Source: Euprymna scolopes (taxonomy: Eukaryota). From it: 64,000 nucleotides of DNA. Numbering within the stretch: the first letter of the stretch is position 1; each line of letters starts with the position of its first letter. The DNA lies in assembly GCA_053919585.1 (NCBI GenBank), contig CM132797.1. One strand, given 5' to 3'. Below the pieces are notes generated by a model. The model was given only the letters and a program-made list of their open reading frames with translations. It ran no database searches and was not told the DNA's origin. Shown here piece by piece: positions 51,996 through 64,000 of this stretch. A program made the translations under genes and the position numbers.

Positions 51996-53625
51996 ATTTT
52001 TTATTACATTTTCATCACAAACAAGGCACATTGCCACTTTGATGTAGGGGGCTACTATTAGGGACACAGGCTACAGAGGTACTAGGTGAGGAGTTGGGCT
52101 GCAAGATGTCGGTTCACGTTACACTTAAACTTCTGCACGTCAGTTCAGTTGGGAAAGCAGGAACCTGGCAGCAGTTCCAAAGTCTAGCGCTTATGGGGAA
52201 GAAACTACCGGAGTAGAAGGCTCTCTAGTGCGAAGGGGTGAGATTGTACTGCTTGTCGGGTTTGTCAGGGGTATTTACGTAGAGGGGGTACAAGTGCTTG
52301 CAGTTCGTCGGAACATTCACCGTTAAAGTACTTGTAGAACAGACAGACGGATGCTACATTGCGTCGATGGGACAGAGGCTGAAGCTTGGATGACAGTTTA
52401 GGACCTATATGTTTGGCGACTCTCTTTTGAACCATGTCTAGGAGTGCGAGACTAGTATAAGATACACTGGCCCAAATATGACAATACTCCATACATGGGT
52501 GAATGGTGGCCTTGTAGAGGTACAGGATACTTTCAGGCGTTAGTAACTTTCTGGCACGGTAGAAAGATCCTACCTTTTTCACAGCGGTCTTGGCAATCCT
52601 CTCAATGTAATTGTTCCAACTCATGTTTCCTGTGAACGTTAGGCCAGGAGTTTAAAAGATGTGCTTTCCGATAAAGAGTCTTTGGCCATTGCTATTGGTG
52701 GTAGAGAAGGATTTTTGTGCTTAGTGAAGGAAACACGTTTAGTCTTGGCAGCATTGAATGTGACCATCCATTTTTGTCCCCATTCTACTACAGATTGGAG
52801 GTCATCCTCTAGTGTTTCTGACATTTCTTTAGATATGTGTTCATTTGTTTTCCTGTCGTGTCTGTTATAGAGCGTGGTGTCATCAGCATATATACCCATT
52901 TCACAGATAATTTTGTCAGGGAGGTTATTTATGAATATTAGGAATAATAGAGGTCCAAGGATAGACCCCTGAGGCACTCCCGCATTTATATTATATTGTT
53001 TAGATGTACGGCCATCGAGGACAACCTGGATTTTTGTCTTATCTAAGAAGGATTTAATTATGTTAAGTATTCTACCAGTGATACCGTATGATCTGATTTT
53101 CCTGAGAAGACCTTCATGCCATACCCTGTCAAAAGCCTTAGATATATCTAGAGCTACCGCTCTACCCTCCCCTGCTTTGTCAAGAGAATAGTATATACGC
53201 TCGACGATTACAGTTAGAATTCTGCTGTGGAACGGGCTTGCCTAAATCCATATTGTTGGTCTGTCAGAAGTTTAGCATCTGTAAGGTGATTGACTAGAGC
53301 TTGGTTAATTATGGACTCAAATATTTTGGCAAAACAGTGGGAGGAGGCTAATGGGGTGATAATTTACTGGGTCGGTTCTTTCGCCAGAATTCTTGAATAC
53401 TGGTACCACAGAAGCAGTTTTTAAGCAGGAAGGAAAGCAAGATTCATTAAAGCATTTGTTGTAAAGTTTGGAGAGGATTGGAGCTACTTCGGCGGAGCAC
53501 TTTTTAATAGCACAGCCGGTATGAGATCAGGTCCACATGCTTTTGCAGTGTCAAGATTTTTATGATAGTATGCACCTGAGCAGGGGTGAGTTTCAGATCG
53601 TGAAGTTTGGCGTCTGTCCGCAAAC
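51996..53625 (-). pseudogene. CR1/L2-group LINE ORF2 RT region through the 3' UTR (family B), 5'-truncated
   Basis: KACGPD, QQYGFR, ALDISKAFDRVWH, GVPQGSILGPLLFLIFIN, IYADDTTLY, LYKATIHPCMEYCHIW; several frameshifts. Confidence 0.93.
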
Positions 53626-54368
53626 TTTGAATCATACAGTAAATGTTGCGATCAATTAAGTCCGAATTGTACTTTGCTGAAAATATTGATGTTAAATACG
53701 GATTTGGAGAGGTGGTGTAGTAAGAAACCTCGGATGGAGAGAGGTGTTAAAAGGTTGTAGTAAAAGGGGGGAAATCAAAACAGCAGTAGGCAACCCGGGT
53801 GGAGGGAGGTTTTTAAAAAAAGGAGCACTAGGCAGGAAGGCTTAAACCCGTAACGCGAAGGAGTAAAAGAAGCTGTAAAAATCATGTAACGTCTTAGTTG
53901 ATGCATCCATAGCGAAACCAGAATTCGCGAGCATTGAAATTAAGGGTAGTCAATTGAAAGGAGGCGATTACTAGTGTAAATGTCGACGCAAAAGTGCGAC
54001 CTTTCTTTTTAGAAAACTGCCCAGTTGAGAGTGAAGGAATGAATGTTTTGGGCCAAATTTTCGGTATTTGTCGTCCGAGACGCCGAACTTCAAAACAATA
54101 CCGATATCGTAAGAATCTGTACCGTATAGCGAAGGTTTTTGGCTGACATACAAACACACACATACACACATTGTTCCATTTATATATTAGTTTATTTTAA
54201 AGCATGTCTACAATTGCAATTTTACAACTAGTTGTAAAAGTCACACTTTAGGAAATTTAGATCACTTTTTTGTTGTTATTACTCCCAGTTCTAACAAACC
54301 CCAGGTGATAATACTTGCCTTGGTCCCTTACATATACTGTATCGTGTTACGATTATCTGTTTATAAAC

Positions 54369-54848
54369 CTAGCGAGGATCCCGGCCTTATCCGATTTTAA
54401 AATACGCTTGATTGTATTTTAATTAATGCAGATTTCGTATTTGTGCATTTAATATTATAGCTAATTTATTGTATTGATTTCACAAGTTAATGTATTGTGT
54501 GCCATTAGCTAGAATCGAAGCCCAAACATTTAGGTCTCCAGCAGCGTTACCTACCGTTTGAGCCATTGATAGATAGATAGATAAAAATAGATTTTAAATT
54601 AAACGATTTCAAGCTATAAATGAATTTACGCATGCGGAAAAGTAATAGAAATATACCGACAAGTTGATATGAACATTTTGGATTTCAACTTACCGACATA
54701 TATCTGTACGCGTTAGGCATCCATCCAAACCAAGAGTTTACTGGTGTATGATTACTATTTCCCGTCAATATGACCAGTAGTGTAAGAGTTTATCAGGTAA
54801 ATATTTACACACAGACACACATACAATATACTGTTTTATTTACATAGA
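54369..54848 (-). mobile_element. Helitron-like element
   Basis: CTAG and degenerate hairpin at the left end, CA-repeat and TAGA at the right end. Confidence 0.5.
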
Positions 54849-56489
54849 TTAGTAATTTTATATTTTTAATCATAAGATTTTCGTCTCCAACCGATGGTAG
54901 ATTATATTTATAAATTGAACAACAAAGCAATAATCGATCTATTTCGGTGTTGGCACGAATTCTTCATTTTCCATTGATTGCCAAGTCATAAAATAACTTC
55001 TTGCTTTGCTGAACAATCCACTCAGGCCGGCTTATTTGGAGCTAATTAACCTTCTTTGAATTTGTGGCCTGAAAACATCAGTTCTGAGCCAGAAGTAGCC
55101 GATGATTGAATATAGATAAATATCGGTAACATTAAAAAGACGAAATCAGTTTTGTATCTAAGTTGACAACTTCATAATCAAATAATACTGTCTACGCCGA
55201 CTACAGAAAAGCATTAAAATCCACGTCTATATAAATTCGTACGTCTGTGACATTGTCTGGGAACCCACAGACGTTGGTTCTAGTTTTAGTCGCAAAGAAG
55301 ATAAAGACAAAGGATAGGAAATGATATAAGGATGATGTGTGTGTGTTTATAAATTTGAGACGCGCCTGATAAAATATCTTTTTTCATTTTTATGCCTCTT
55401 CTTATCGATATCTTTAGTTTAAATAAATAATATTTAAAATAATTTAACACTTTTAATGGAGTAAAATACCAGCAGGTAATAGTGCAACAAAATACCCTGT
55501 GTGCATTTTCAGTCAGAAAGGAGAGACCAAGATAAAAAATAGTAAATAACTGCGACCTGCTTTTTGGTTTGTACAACGACATTCATTTATTCGTTCTTTA
55601 CAGCCGTGAGTCACCAACATGATCTAGAACGTTCTCAACGTTGTCTCATTTCTTCCCGAGATTTTTGCTATTCCCTTTTTATAGTCCTTTCCCCCGACTA
55701 CTGACGTCACCTCTTATGCATTTACATACGCAAATCCGCACTATGTTACATATGTGCACATTTATATGCGGACATGTACAGGGTTTGTAATATTGTCGTC
55801 TGCATAATTTATGACTCGCACTTTTACAAAATGCGTATCATTATATATGGACTCTGATGACCGCGGTTTTTGTGATCCAACAACATTTTTTAAATCAACA
55901 AAGTTTTATTTACATTACAGTGAAAATATGACATGCGAGAGAGTTCGGGTCAGTATGAAGTGGTGTATGGCGGCGACGGTAAAATTGTGCAGCCTTTTTC
56001 TTTCTTCTGTCTTTGTTTCGACCTGATTTAAATTTACATCATCCCACATTCCTTGATCGAAATCTGATTGTTCGCTTATTTTGATTCAATTTGAAATACA
56101 TTTAGCCATTCAAATCCAGTTAAAATATTTTCTTTCATGTTTCATGATCTCTAATGTAGGGTTGACGTTATCGGTCACCAATCCCATTTACATCTGGTTT
56201 TGCACGGATCCATACTTGCGTGTGTGCAATACATTCGATATGTTCTTTTGGATAGAATGACTAAATACTGTTCAAATATTTTGACATTCTTCTTTTATAG
56301 TGTTATGCTTTGTATGCTTAGCAATTTCGATCCAGAGTTAAATATTTCCCTCATTGTTTTATGATCTCGACACTTCGATCGGAATGCAATCTGATTTATA
56401 TCCGGTTTTGCCCGGATCCGATATTTTCCGGCGTTTTCCGTCCCCTATGCCACAGATTTCCCCTAAACCCCCTAAATGCCCTAAAATCG

Positions 56490-57022
56490 AGTAATGCTGC
56501 CACATCTGGGTAGGGGCTTTTCACAGTACCCATCCTGCCTGATCAAGGTTCAAAACCGGTTTTAAAGTCAAGAAAGCGAGTTCTTTTTATCGTTATTACA
56601 ACCTTAATATCATAGAATAAGAGACGCTACGCGTCTATCTCTGCTCTATCGTCATTTTGTTGAAAATGGTTGCCCTTGCAAAAAATTCACAAAAAACACT
56701 CGTTTTTATAAAACCAGCTTCCCATACACTCTCTGTGTACTAAACGCGAAATTCCATGAACAAATTGTTTATTTTTTAACTATACGACTGTTAACCTTTG
56801 TACTGCTTAACTGCTTTCCAACTGATTACAACATGGTTATTTTCAGGTCCAATGTAAACAAATCTTTGCTTAATCGTCCTCTTAAATATTCGAATTCTAC
56901 CTAATTTCATCCACTACCGAATATTACGGTATTATTACACCGAATAGATGGCAGTAATTAAATTTTATTCTTACGTTGCATTCAGACCTTGATAAGCGGT
57001 AATTCTCTTGTAATAAAAAAAA
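56490..57022 (+). mobile_element. Old LINE family A 3' portion
   Basis: CCHIW-like motif and CFPTDYNMVIFRSNVNK; tail with poly(A). Confidence 0.7.
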
Positions 57023-57953
57023 GATTAAGCCAGTCTGATAAGTAAGAAAGCACACTTCAAGTTAGGTCATCATCATAGCATTTTTCTCTTGAGGTTTAGC
57101 GTACGGCAGTCTCCGCGACATACCTCGGATCCTCATCGGAGCATGCCCGCTTAGGGGGAGAGTCTGTGGGGATTGGTGCAATATTCTGCACATTGGCACT
57201 GCAGAGACAAAAATGTCTGTACATAGCCCCTACTTGTTCAGGTTATTCCGATTTTTTATCATTAAATCGAAAACATTTTTAATATATTTTTACTTTTTTT
57301 TTCTAAACGAGTTTTCTGCTTGTGTCGTAATAAAAATTCACAAATGCACTTGTGATGTGAGACTGTATCTTAAGTTTGGCCAGCATCGCCTGTTTCTTTC
57401 TTTCATCGGATTTCTTTCGATAATCGATACCTTTCGAAGACATTCCGATATAAAATCTATCTAAGAACACTACCAAGTACATAAAATACCTTTGTATGAA
57501 ATAGCCTAAAAGTCGCCCCTTGTAGTGGAAAATGTTGTTAAAAAATGCGGAATTTTTTTGTTGGATTATTTTCTCTTTTACATTTTCCGATCTCCGAAAC
57601 ATTCTCTTTATATTTTTATCAAAATTGGATAAGTTGGATCCATATGTTTTTGCATAACGAGCGCTTCTGACTAGAACATCTCTGTCATCCTCTAGCAGAC
57701 AATGTCATTTAGTCTTGAAGGTCGACTGAACGCATGGAATAAATAACTACAACACAAAGTAAAGTAGAACAGATATATTGAAAGCAAGAAATTACATACC
57801 ATTGTCACATAGAGTCCATTGGTATAGTAATAGGGAGACCGTCCCTGGAGAAGGTGTCAGCTGGGTGGTCGTCGACTCTCGGTCTCGTGTCTCGTTCAGT
57901 CTCTGATTGGGTCTCTTCCGTCTTTACGGTACCAACGATATTTATAAAAGTGC

Positions 57954-58441
57954 GAAAAGCATTTCATCCAAGACATGAAAATTGTTAAACAAAATATTTT
58001 TACTATAGGCTTCAAAAATAAATGTACAAGATTCAATTTGAAATTTATTTATCTTCAAAGTGCACTTTTATAAATTTTACAAAGTAAGGTATAAAAATGT
58101 AATTTAAATTAAATCCAAAAATTACTTTGGATTTATTTTATGTAATGTACATTCTGTTGCACTTTTTAAAAAAATCATTGAAAATTTTATATATTTATCA
58201 TTAATTGCTAGATGAAAGATAATGTTTTTAAATTGCAACAAAATGTACATTACATAAAATAAATCCAAGGTAACTTTTTGATTCAATTTAAATTAAATTG
58301 TTATACCTTACTTTGTAAAATTTATAAAAGTGCACTTTGAAGATAAATAAATTTCAAATTTAATCTTGTACCTTTACTTTTAAAGCCTATGGTAAAAACA
58401 TTTTGTTTAACAATTTTCATGCCTTGGATGAAATGCTTTTC
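57954..58441. mobile_element. Foldback/MITE with AT-rich inverted arms of about 210 bp
   Basis: GAAAAGCATTTCATCCAAG...CTTGGATGAAATGCTTTTC; arms roughly 85-90% complementary; no hammerhead core seen. Confidence 0.8.
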
Positions 58442-58484
58442 TAACTTGTATCTTATCTTTTTAAGATTATATTTTAAAACTCTC

Positions 58485-58732
58485 CTTCTCTCTATTTCAG
58501 TTTTTATTTCTCCTCACATCACAACTCATTTTTGCAACCCCCTCTTTGTATTATTACAGTTCTTAATATTCCCCCTGTTTCAGTTTGTATTTCTCCTCAT
58601 ACTACAACCCATTTTTGTAACCCCCCTCTTTGTATTATTACAGGTCTGAATATTCTCTCTGTTTCAGTTTGTATTTTTCCTCACACCACAACTCATTTTT
58701 TTCAACTCCCGCTTTGTAATACAGGTCTGAAT
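58485..58732 (+). repeat. Tandem repeat of about 82 bp, 3 copies
   Basis: TTTCAGTTTGTATTTCTCCTCA...CCCCCTCTTTGTATTATTACAG repeated. Confidence 0.85.
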
Positions 58733-58972
58733 AATGAGAAAATCTGAATTTTTTAACAAAAACTTTAAAATATCGTTTTTAGATTAAATTTTTAAAACTT
58801 TTTCAGAATAGAAAATCTTTAAAATTTAATAAGGAACATATTTCATATAGGTTTCGTTAAAAATATTGAGTAAATAACGAGAAAAATAGAGATAAAAATT
58901 TCAAAAGAACTGTATAACTGGTTACGGTCAATAGTAGTCCTCGCCAGCGAAAGTTTTTTGGTCTTGTTATTC

Positions 58973-59039
<67 letters not shown>

Positions 59040-59441
59040 TAAAACATTTTGTGTCCTGCTCTTTCGAGCGAGGACTAATAGTTGACACTCCCGCGTATGC
59101 TAAGCAGGCAGATCCTACCACAACATTTAGGTTCTTAAAATTACGTTTTTTTATTACGTTTGTCATGGTTACGTGTTAGGGTAGTTAATTAAATAGGTAG
59201 ACAATTTTTAACAGGAAGAGATAAATATTAATATTTAGATTGAGTTAAATTACATTTAAATTTTTTTATATACATATTATTTAGAATTTACGAACCTAAT
59301 AATTTTGAAATGATCCAACTGCATTCATAATTTATATTTTTATTTAAGCCTGTCTTGCCTGTATAAAGCTTCAAGTATTTTGAATCTCTTTCCATTAGTA
59401 TCGCTGTGTAAGGCCTTGGTATTTTCAACAATGGAATTCTT

Positions 59442-59501
<60 letters not shown>

Positions 59502-60426
59502 AAACATTCCATCATCCTAGGTTCTCTTCGAAATTTCAATTATTTTACTAATACCGAAAGATATTGGTTGTAATATGTCTGGCATAATGTAATAAAAAGA
59601 ATAAATAATAAATACCTTCATTAAACTTTCATAAAAATGAACGCGTCCAGGGAAGGTTATTTTTCTAGTTTATTATAATTAACAATTGATGAAAATGCAT
59701 TTTTTTTTCAAATACAATCGATGAATTTTCAATTGATCGAACCAAAATAGAATTTCCTATTTTCAGTTATAAAAAAATGCAATATAATAATTTATTGATG
59801 CCTAAAATTAATTTTCGCTCACAGATATGGAGGAATAAAAGAAAAAAAGAAAGGAATCAATCACCATCTCTTCATCGTTTTATTTCATTTTAGTTATAGT
59901 TACAGATGCACCCGTGCATCTTTATAAAAAGGCTCTGTCAGTCAGGCATATTTGTCGGCCCGTCATGCTTTAAAAATATAGGATTTACATCGTTCGACGT
60001 GCAGTTTGAATGAACGCATCTTCGAAAGGCAGTGTCCATCGGTCTGTTACATTACATTCGAATTAGTGAATTTTGTAGGTCTGTCCTGCTTGTGTTAAAA
60101 TAATATTTTCAACCGTCTGCCATGCTTAAGTTGAAATATCATATCACTCGGTAAGTCACACTTTAGTTTGAACTAATATATTCACCTGTCTGTTACTTGA
60201 AGTTTCAGATAAATTTCCATTCCTCTATCATTTAAGTTTAAAATACCATTGTGGATTCCCAGACAATGTTACAGAGATTTGTCACGCATAAGTTTGAAAT
60301 AGGTTCTTTTAGAGCGGGGGTTATATATTAAATGAACGCATCTGTTTAATATTCAATGTGTACTCGGGGCAATAACTAATTATTGGATAACATTACACGC
60401 GGCTTATTAAAGGCTTGGTTTTACTA

Positions 60427-61721
60427 CGAGGGGTGTGCAATAAGTAATGCCCCTGACCCACTTCCCATAGGAATAGAGCAACGAAACTTGGCATAGTTAT
60501 TAGTCTTTCTCTTCATAGGAATCACACAGAGTTATGTACTTCTCCCATCGTTTGATGCAGCTCTAGAGACCGTTTTTGTAGAACACCCCAGGTTGGTCCT
60601 TCAACCACGACGTGACTTCAGAAATCAAGGCTGCATCATCTGGGAAACAAACGCTTTCATTTCAAAAACAACTTAATGGCTGGGAAGAGGTGAAAGTCAG
60701 AGGGTGCAAGGTCAGGAGAGTAGGGAGGATGGGGAAGGATTTCATAATCACACGCCCGTGCTTCTGATCTGGCGACATGCGAGTTGTGGACCGGAGCGTT
60801 GTCTTGCAGGAGGAGGGCATCTTTACTGATCTTGCTCCACCTCTTGATTTTGATAGCTTCCCTTAATTTCCTTAAAAGTGAAGCATAATTGGCTCCTGTA
60901 ATTGTGGTACCCTTTGCCAGGAAATCTGTCATCACTACTCCGTCCTGGTCCCAGAAGACTGTGAGCATGGCCTTGCCAGCGGAGGGCTGAACTCTTGCCT
61001 TCGTTGGAGGTAGTGAGTGCAAGTCCTTCCACTGCATTGACTGGGCTTTGGTCTCTGGATCATAGTGATGGATCCAGGTTTCATCCTGTGTAATCAGTAT
61101 TTGTAAAAACTTTGACTCATCTTCTTGGCACATCTCCAAATTCATCCTCGAGCACTCGACGCGTTCTCGCTTCTGGAATGGTGTAAGCAACCTGGGAATC
61201 CATCTGGCAGCCACCTTTTGCATATGCAAATGGTCATGAATTATAGTTTTCACAGACCCCGTACTAATCTTGACATCTTGGTCTATTTGGCGAATAGTAA
61301 TGCGCTGATCTTCCAAAATGGCAGCCTCAACTTGACGAACAGATTCCTCATCAATGACAGAAGGGAGCGACCAGGTTTAGGTGCTGTTTCCACAGACTTC
61401 CGGCCATGTTTGAATTCACAATGCCAGCGTTTTACAAGGTCATATGATGGTGCATTATCACCATAAGTTTCTTTCATTTCATCAAAAGTCTCCTGTGGTG
61501 TGCGTCCTTTCAAATAGAAAAACCGGATCACTGCTCGACATTCAACAGGCTCCATTTCACACCTGACTCAGTTCAAGCACCTGTAAAACAGAAACCACAA
61601 TTACTTTAAAGTTGTAATTTGCCACATAACCCGTAGAGATTTAAATAATTGCACATTCAAATTTTCAGCTTGATCAGACAACTGAAGTGGGTCAGGGGCA
61701 TTACTTATTGCACGCCCCTCG
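60427..61721 (-). mobile_element. Full-length mariner (DD34D) transposon, 1295 bp, transposase disrupted
   Basis: 38-bp TIRs CGAGGGG(T/C)GTGCAATAAGTAATGCCCCTGACCCACTTC, TA TSD on both sides; WIPRLL, TQDETW, QDNAPVH..(34)..YSPDLAPSD; split over ORFs 61283-61555 and 60657-61316. Confidence 0.97.
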
Positions 61722-61756
61722 TATTGTGAATGTAAGATATATATACTGGCAGGACT

Positions 61757-61812
<56 letters not shown>

Positions 61813-63246
61813 CTAGCATGGGTACCCGGCGTTGACTGCGTTGGCATGAAGTTCTGCTTTGAACACACCTGCTATACAAATCATTTTCATCAGGGACAAC
61901 GTGGATACCCCCACAACAATTCCAAAAATAAAAGAACGGATAAAAACATCGCCCCCAAAAAGAAGTATGCGATACCATTTCCACCAGATATCTCGGCAGA
62001 AGGGATACAAAGAGAAGAAAATATTCTCCGGATATTGAGCACTGGAAAGACCCCACCAATCGCAAAAAAAAAATAGCCAAGTAGGCAGAACCCCTAAAAA
62101 AATTAAGATCTACCAAAAATGAATTCCCAAAACAATTAAATGAAATTTTTCATCATTGTAATTCCCTCACTCTATGTAACTTATATTTTGGGGTTCATTT
62201 TGTTTATGAATTTGTTAGTTGAAAGTACAGAGTGGTATCATAAAAATTAATTAAATTTATCGTTATTTTATGTTTTAAATGTAATTTCTGCCCCCTTAAA
62301 AAAACAAACAAACAAATTGTATTTGTCATGTTTTGCCCCCCCCCTTCGATTGCCAAACTTGAACAGATGATAGAGGTGACATGTCTCGTTGAACGCTTGG
62401 TGGCCAAAATGTGGGTGCTCATTTTACGTTAAATTAATATGGAAAACTGATCCACCACTCCAAAATGTTAATTTTTTTTTCTTTTCCAAATTTATTTCGT
62501 ATTATTTATAAAGGCTATTTAAACTTTTAGGCCAAAAAAAGTAGATCCTTATTTTTTTAGGTGGGTCACAGCGTAAAAAAAATTACCGATTTCTGTATAG
62601 CCGTTAACATAGAATAATAAAAACAAACACATGAAATCTTTTCTTCAGTTTTTCGTAAGTGTTTTTTTAATATTAAAAAAAAACAATAAAAGCCAAACAT
62701 TTTTCTATCTACTCAGAATTATTTTTTCAAGCTAGAAATTCATTGAGATTACCAAATTATTTTATTAATTGATAGTTTTTATTTTTTGTTTATGCTCCGA
62801 AGGTGCAAATAACTCTAAAAAAAATATTTCTAAAAAATCGATGTTTGAATAATAATTCCAAATAAATTTAATTAAATATGTTATCAATATAATTATTGTT
62901 TCAAATTTATTAAATAACGATTTTAAATAGAACACTTATAACGAATCTCTCGCTAGAAACATTAACTAAGATACCGCTATTTAACAAAATCAGTTTTTCT
63001 TAATGTAATATGCAAATGAGATGATCTCTTTATTGTATCTAGTTTGCAAGAATCATGCTATATATAGAAATAGATGAGAGAGTAAAGTAAGGCACCTTTT
63101 GTATATATTAATCAAATTGTGAACAAACAAACAAACAGACACGAATACGAAATCTGAGGTTATTATTTTCCAGAGATTAAGTAATCAATGAAGTTTAACG
63201 AGGTTAATACAAGAGTGCTACAATTCCGAAGTAGAGCAGTGTATAC

Positions 63247-63554
63247 TCTTTATGTGTTTTTACATAAGCAAAAATATGTTGCTATAATCATGAGCATATT
63301 TTGGTTAGCTAGCTACTAGTAACTAGAGACTTCTTCGGTCGATACAGCTTATACGAAAGCAAAGTTAACAATGAAAAGAAGACCTGATGTTTTCATTGCA
63401 ACCGTTGCTTTCGTATAGGGTGAATGCTTATTCGCTGGTGCTGAAGAATTTATACGCTCATTAGCCGGAGAGATCTCTAGTTACTAGTTGTTAGCTGGCC
63501 GAAACATGCTCATGACTGTGTAGCAACATATTACAGCTTATGTAAAAAATAAAG

Positions 63555-63555
<1 letters not shown>
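63247..63555. repeat. Imperfect palindrome of about 310 bp with a decayed hammerhead-like right arm
   Basis: TTTTTACATAAGC..AATATGTTGCTA..TCATGAGCAT..CTAGTAACTAGAGA and its complement; GGCC-GAAA-CAUG...UGUG-UA at 63497-63522. Confidence 0.7.
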
Positions 63556-63592
<37 letters not shown>

Positions 63593-63685
63593 GGCAGTAA
63601 AGTTTAGTTTCCTAGAAGTACATTCAATGAAACATATTGTGTCTACCAAAAAGTGCTCAATGAGTAAACAAAGCAGGTATATTAA

Positions 63686-63892
63686 ATTTATTTATACAAA
63701 CATTGATGCCTACATATGTGCATACATGATTCTGTAATCACACGTTATTGAGGAGATTACGTTTTCAGGCCAAGAATTAGTAACTAGCAGTTTTCGAGGG
63801 TAATTCTTGGCCTGAAGACTTAATCTCCCCAATAACGTGTGATTACAGAAACATGTATGCACATATGTAGCCATCAATGTTTGTATAAATAA

Positions 63893-63894
<2 letters not shown>
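63686..63894. ncRNA. 209-bp palindrome; right arm carries an intact-core type I hammerhead (63808-63873, +)
   Basis: UGGC-CUGAAGA-CUUAAUC...GAUUACA-GAAA-CAUGU(augcac)AUAUG-UA/GCCA; the left-arm copy has CUGAAAA and GAAU. Confidence 0.82.
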
Positions 63895-63933
<39 letters not shown>

Positions 63934-63954
63934 AAATAATTATTCATTTATACT

Positions 63955-63995
63955 TACAGACACTAGTGTTTCATGCTTACTACATTATCAGTGTA
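63955..63995 (-). ncRNA. Minimal hammerhead (family of 18460), G8 changed to A
   Basis: UACA-CUGAUAA-UGUAGUAAGCAU-GAAA-CACUAGUG-UC/UGUA. Confidence 0.65.
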
Positions 63996-64000
63996 TGGGT

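Noticed and set aside
38434-55870. Isolated CTGATGA hits (for example 38434 and 55854)
   Set aside because: No matching GAAA and closing stems
63625-63648. GAAACATATTGTGTC as another hammerhead 3' half
   Set aside because: No CUGANGA or convincing stem I/II upstream

Overview
AT-rich, microsatellite-dense, gapped eukaryotic (invertebrate) DNA. Several repeats resemble ones I recall from octopus-type genomes, but I cannot verify that. No intact host gene is recognisable, and most six-frame ORFs are microsatellite, gap or transposon artefacts. The window is a transposon mosaic: about 12 CR1/L2-group LINE remnants, two Penelope-like elements (PLEs; one Naiad-type, one Penelope/Poseidon-type), a full-length but frameshifted mariner, a Tc1 interrupted by a SINE with a 12-bp target-site duplication, an R4/Dong RT fragment, non-autonomous Helitrons, MITEs, a 5S-derived SINE and satellites. 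The main hidden signal is RNA structure. By eye I find more than 15 type I hammerhead ribozyme motifs (intact, variant or decayed) from several unrelated small-element families, mostly next to (TA)n or (TAA)n tracts. They occur as retrozyme-like units of about 320-340 nt with an internal tRNA-derived promoter, and as long head-to-head palindromes whose arms are hammerheads. Several families share an AGTGCTCAA...GAGC(AG) stem-loop. One hammerhead has an expanded core (CUGA-CAC-GA) and a 7-bp pseudoknot. All folds were read by eye and none has been tested for activity.
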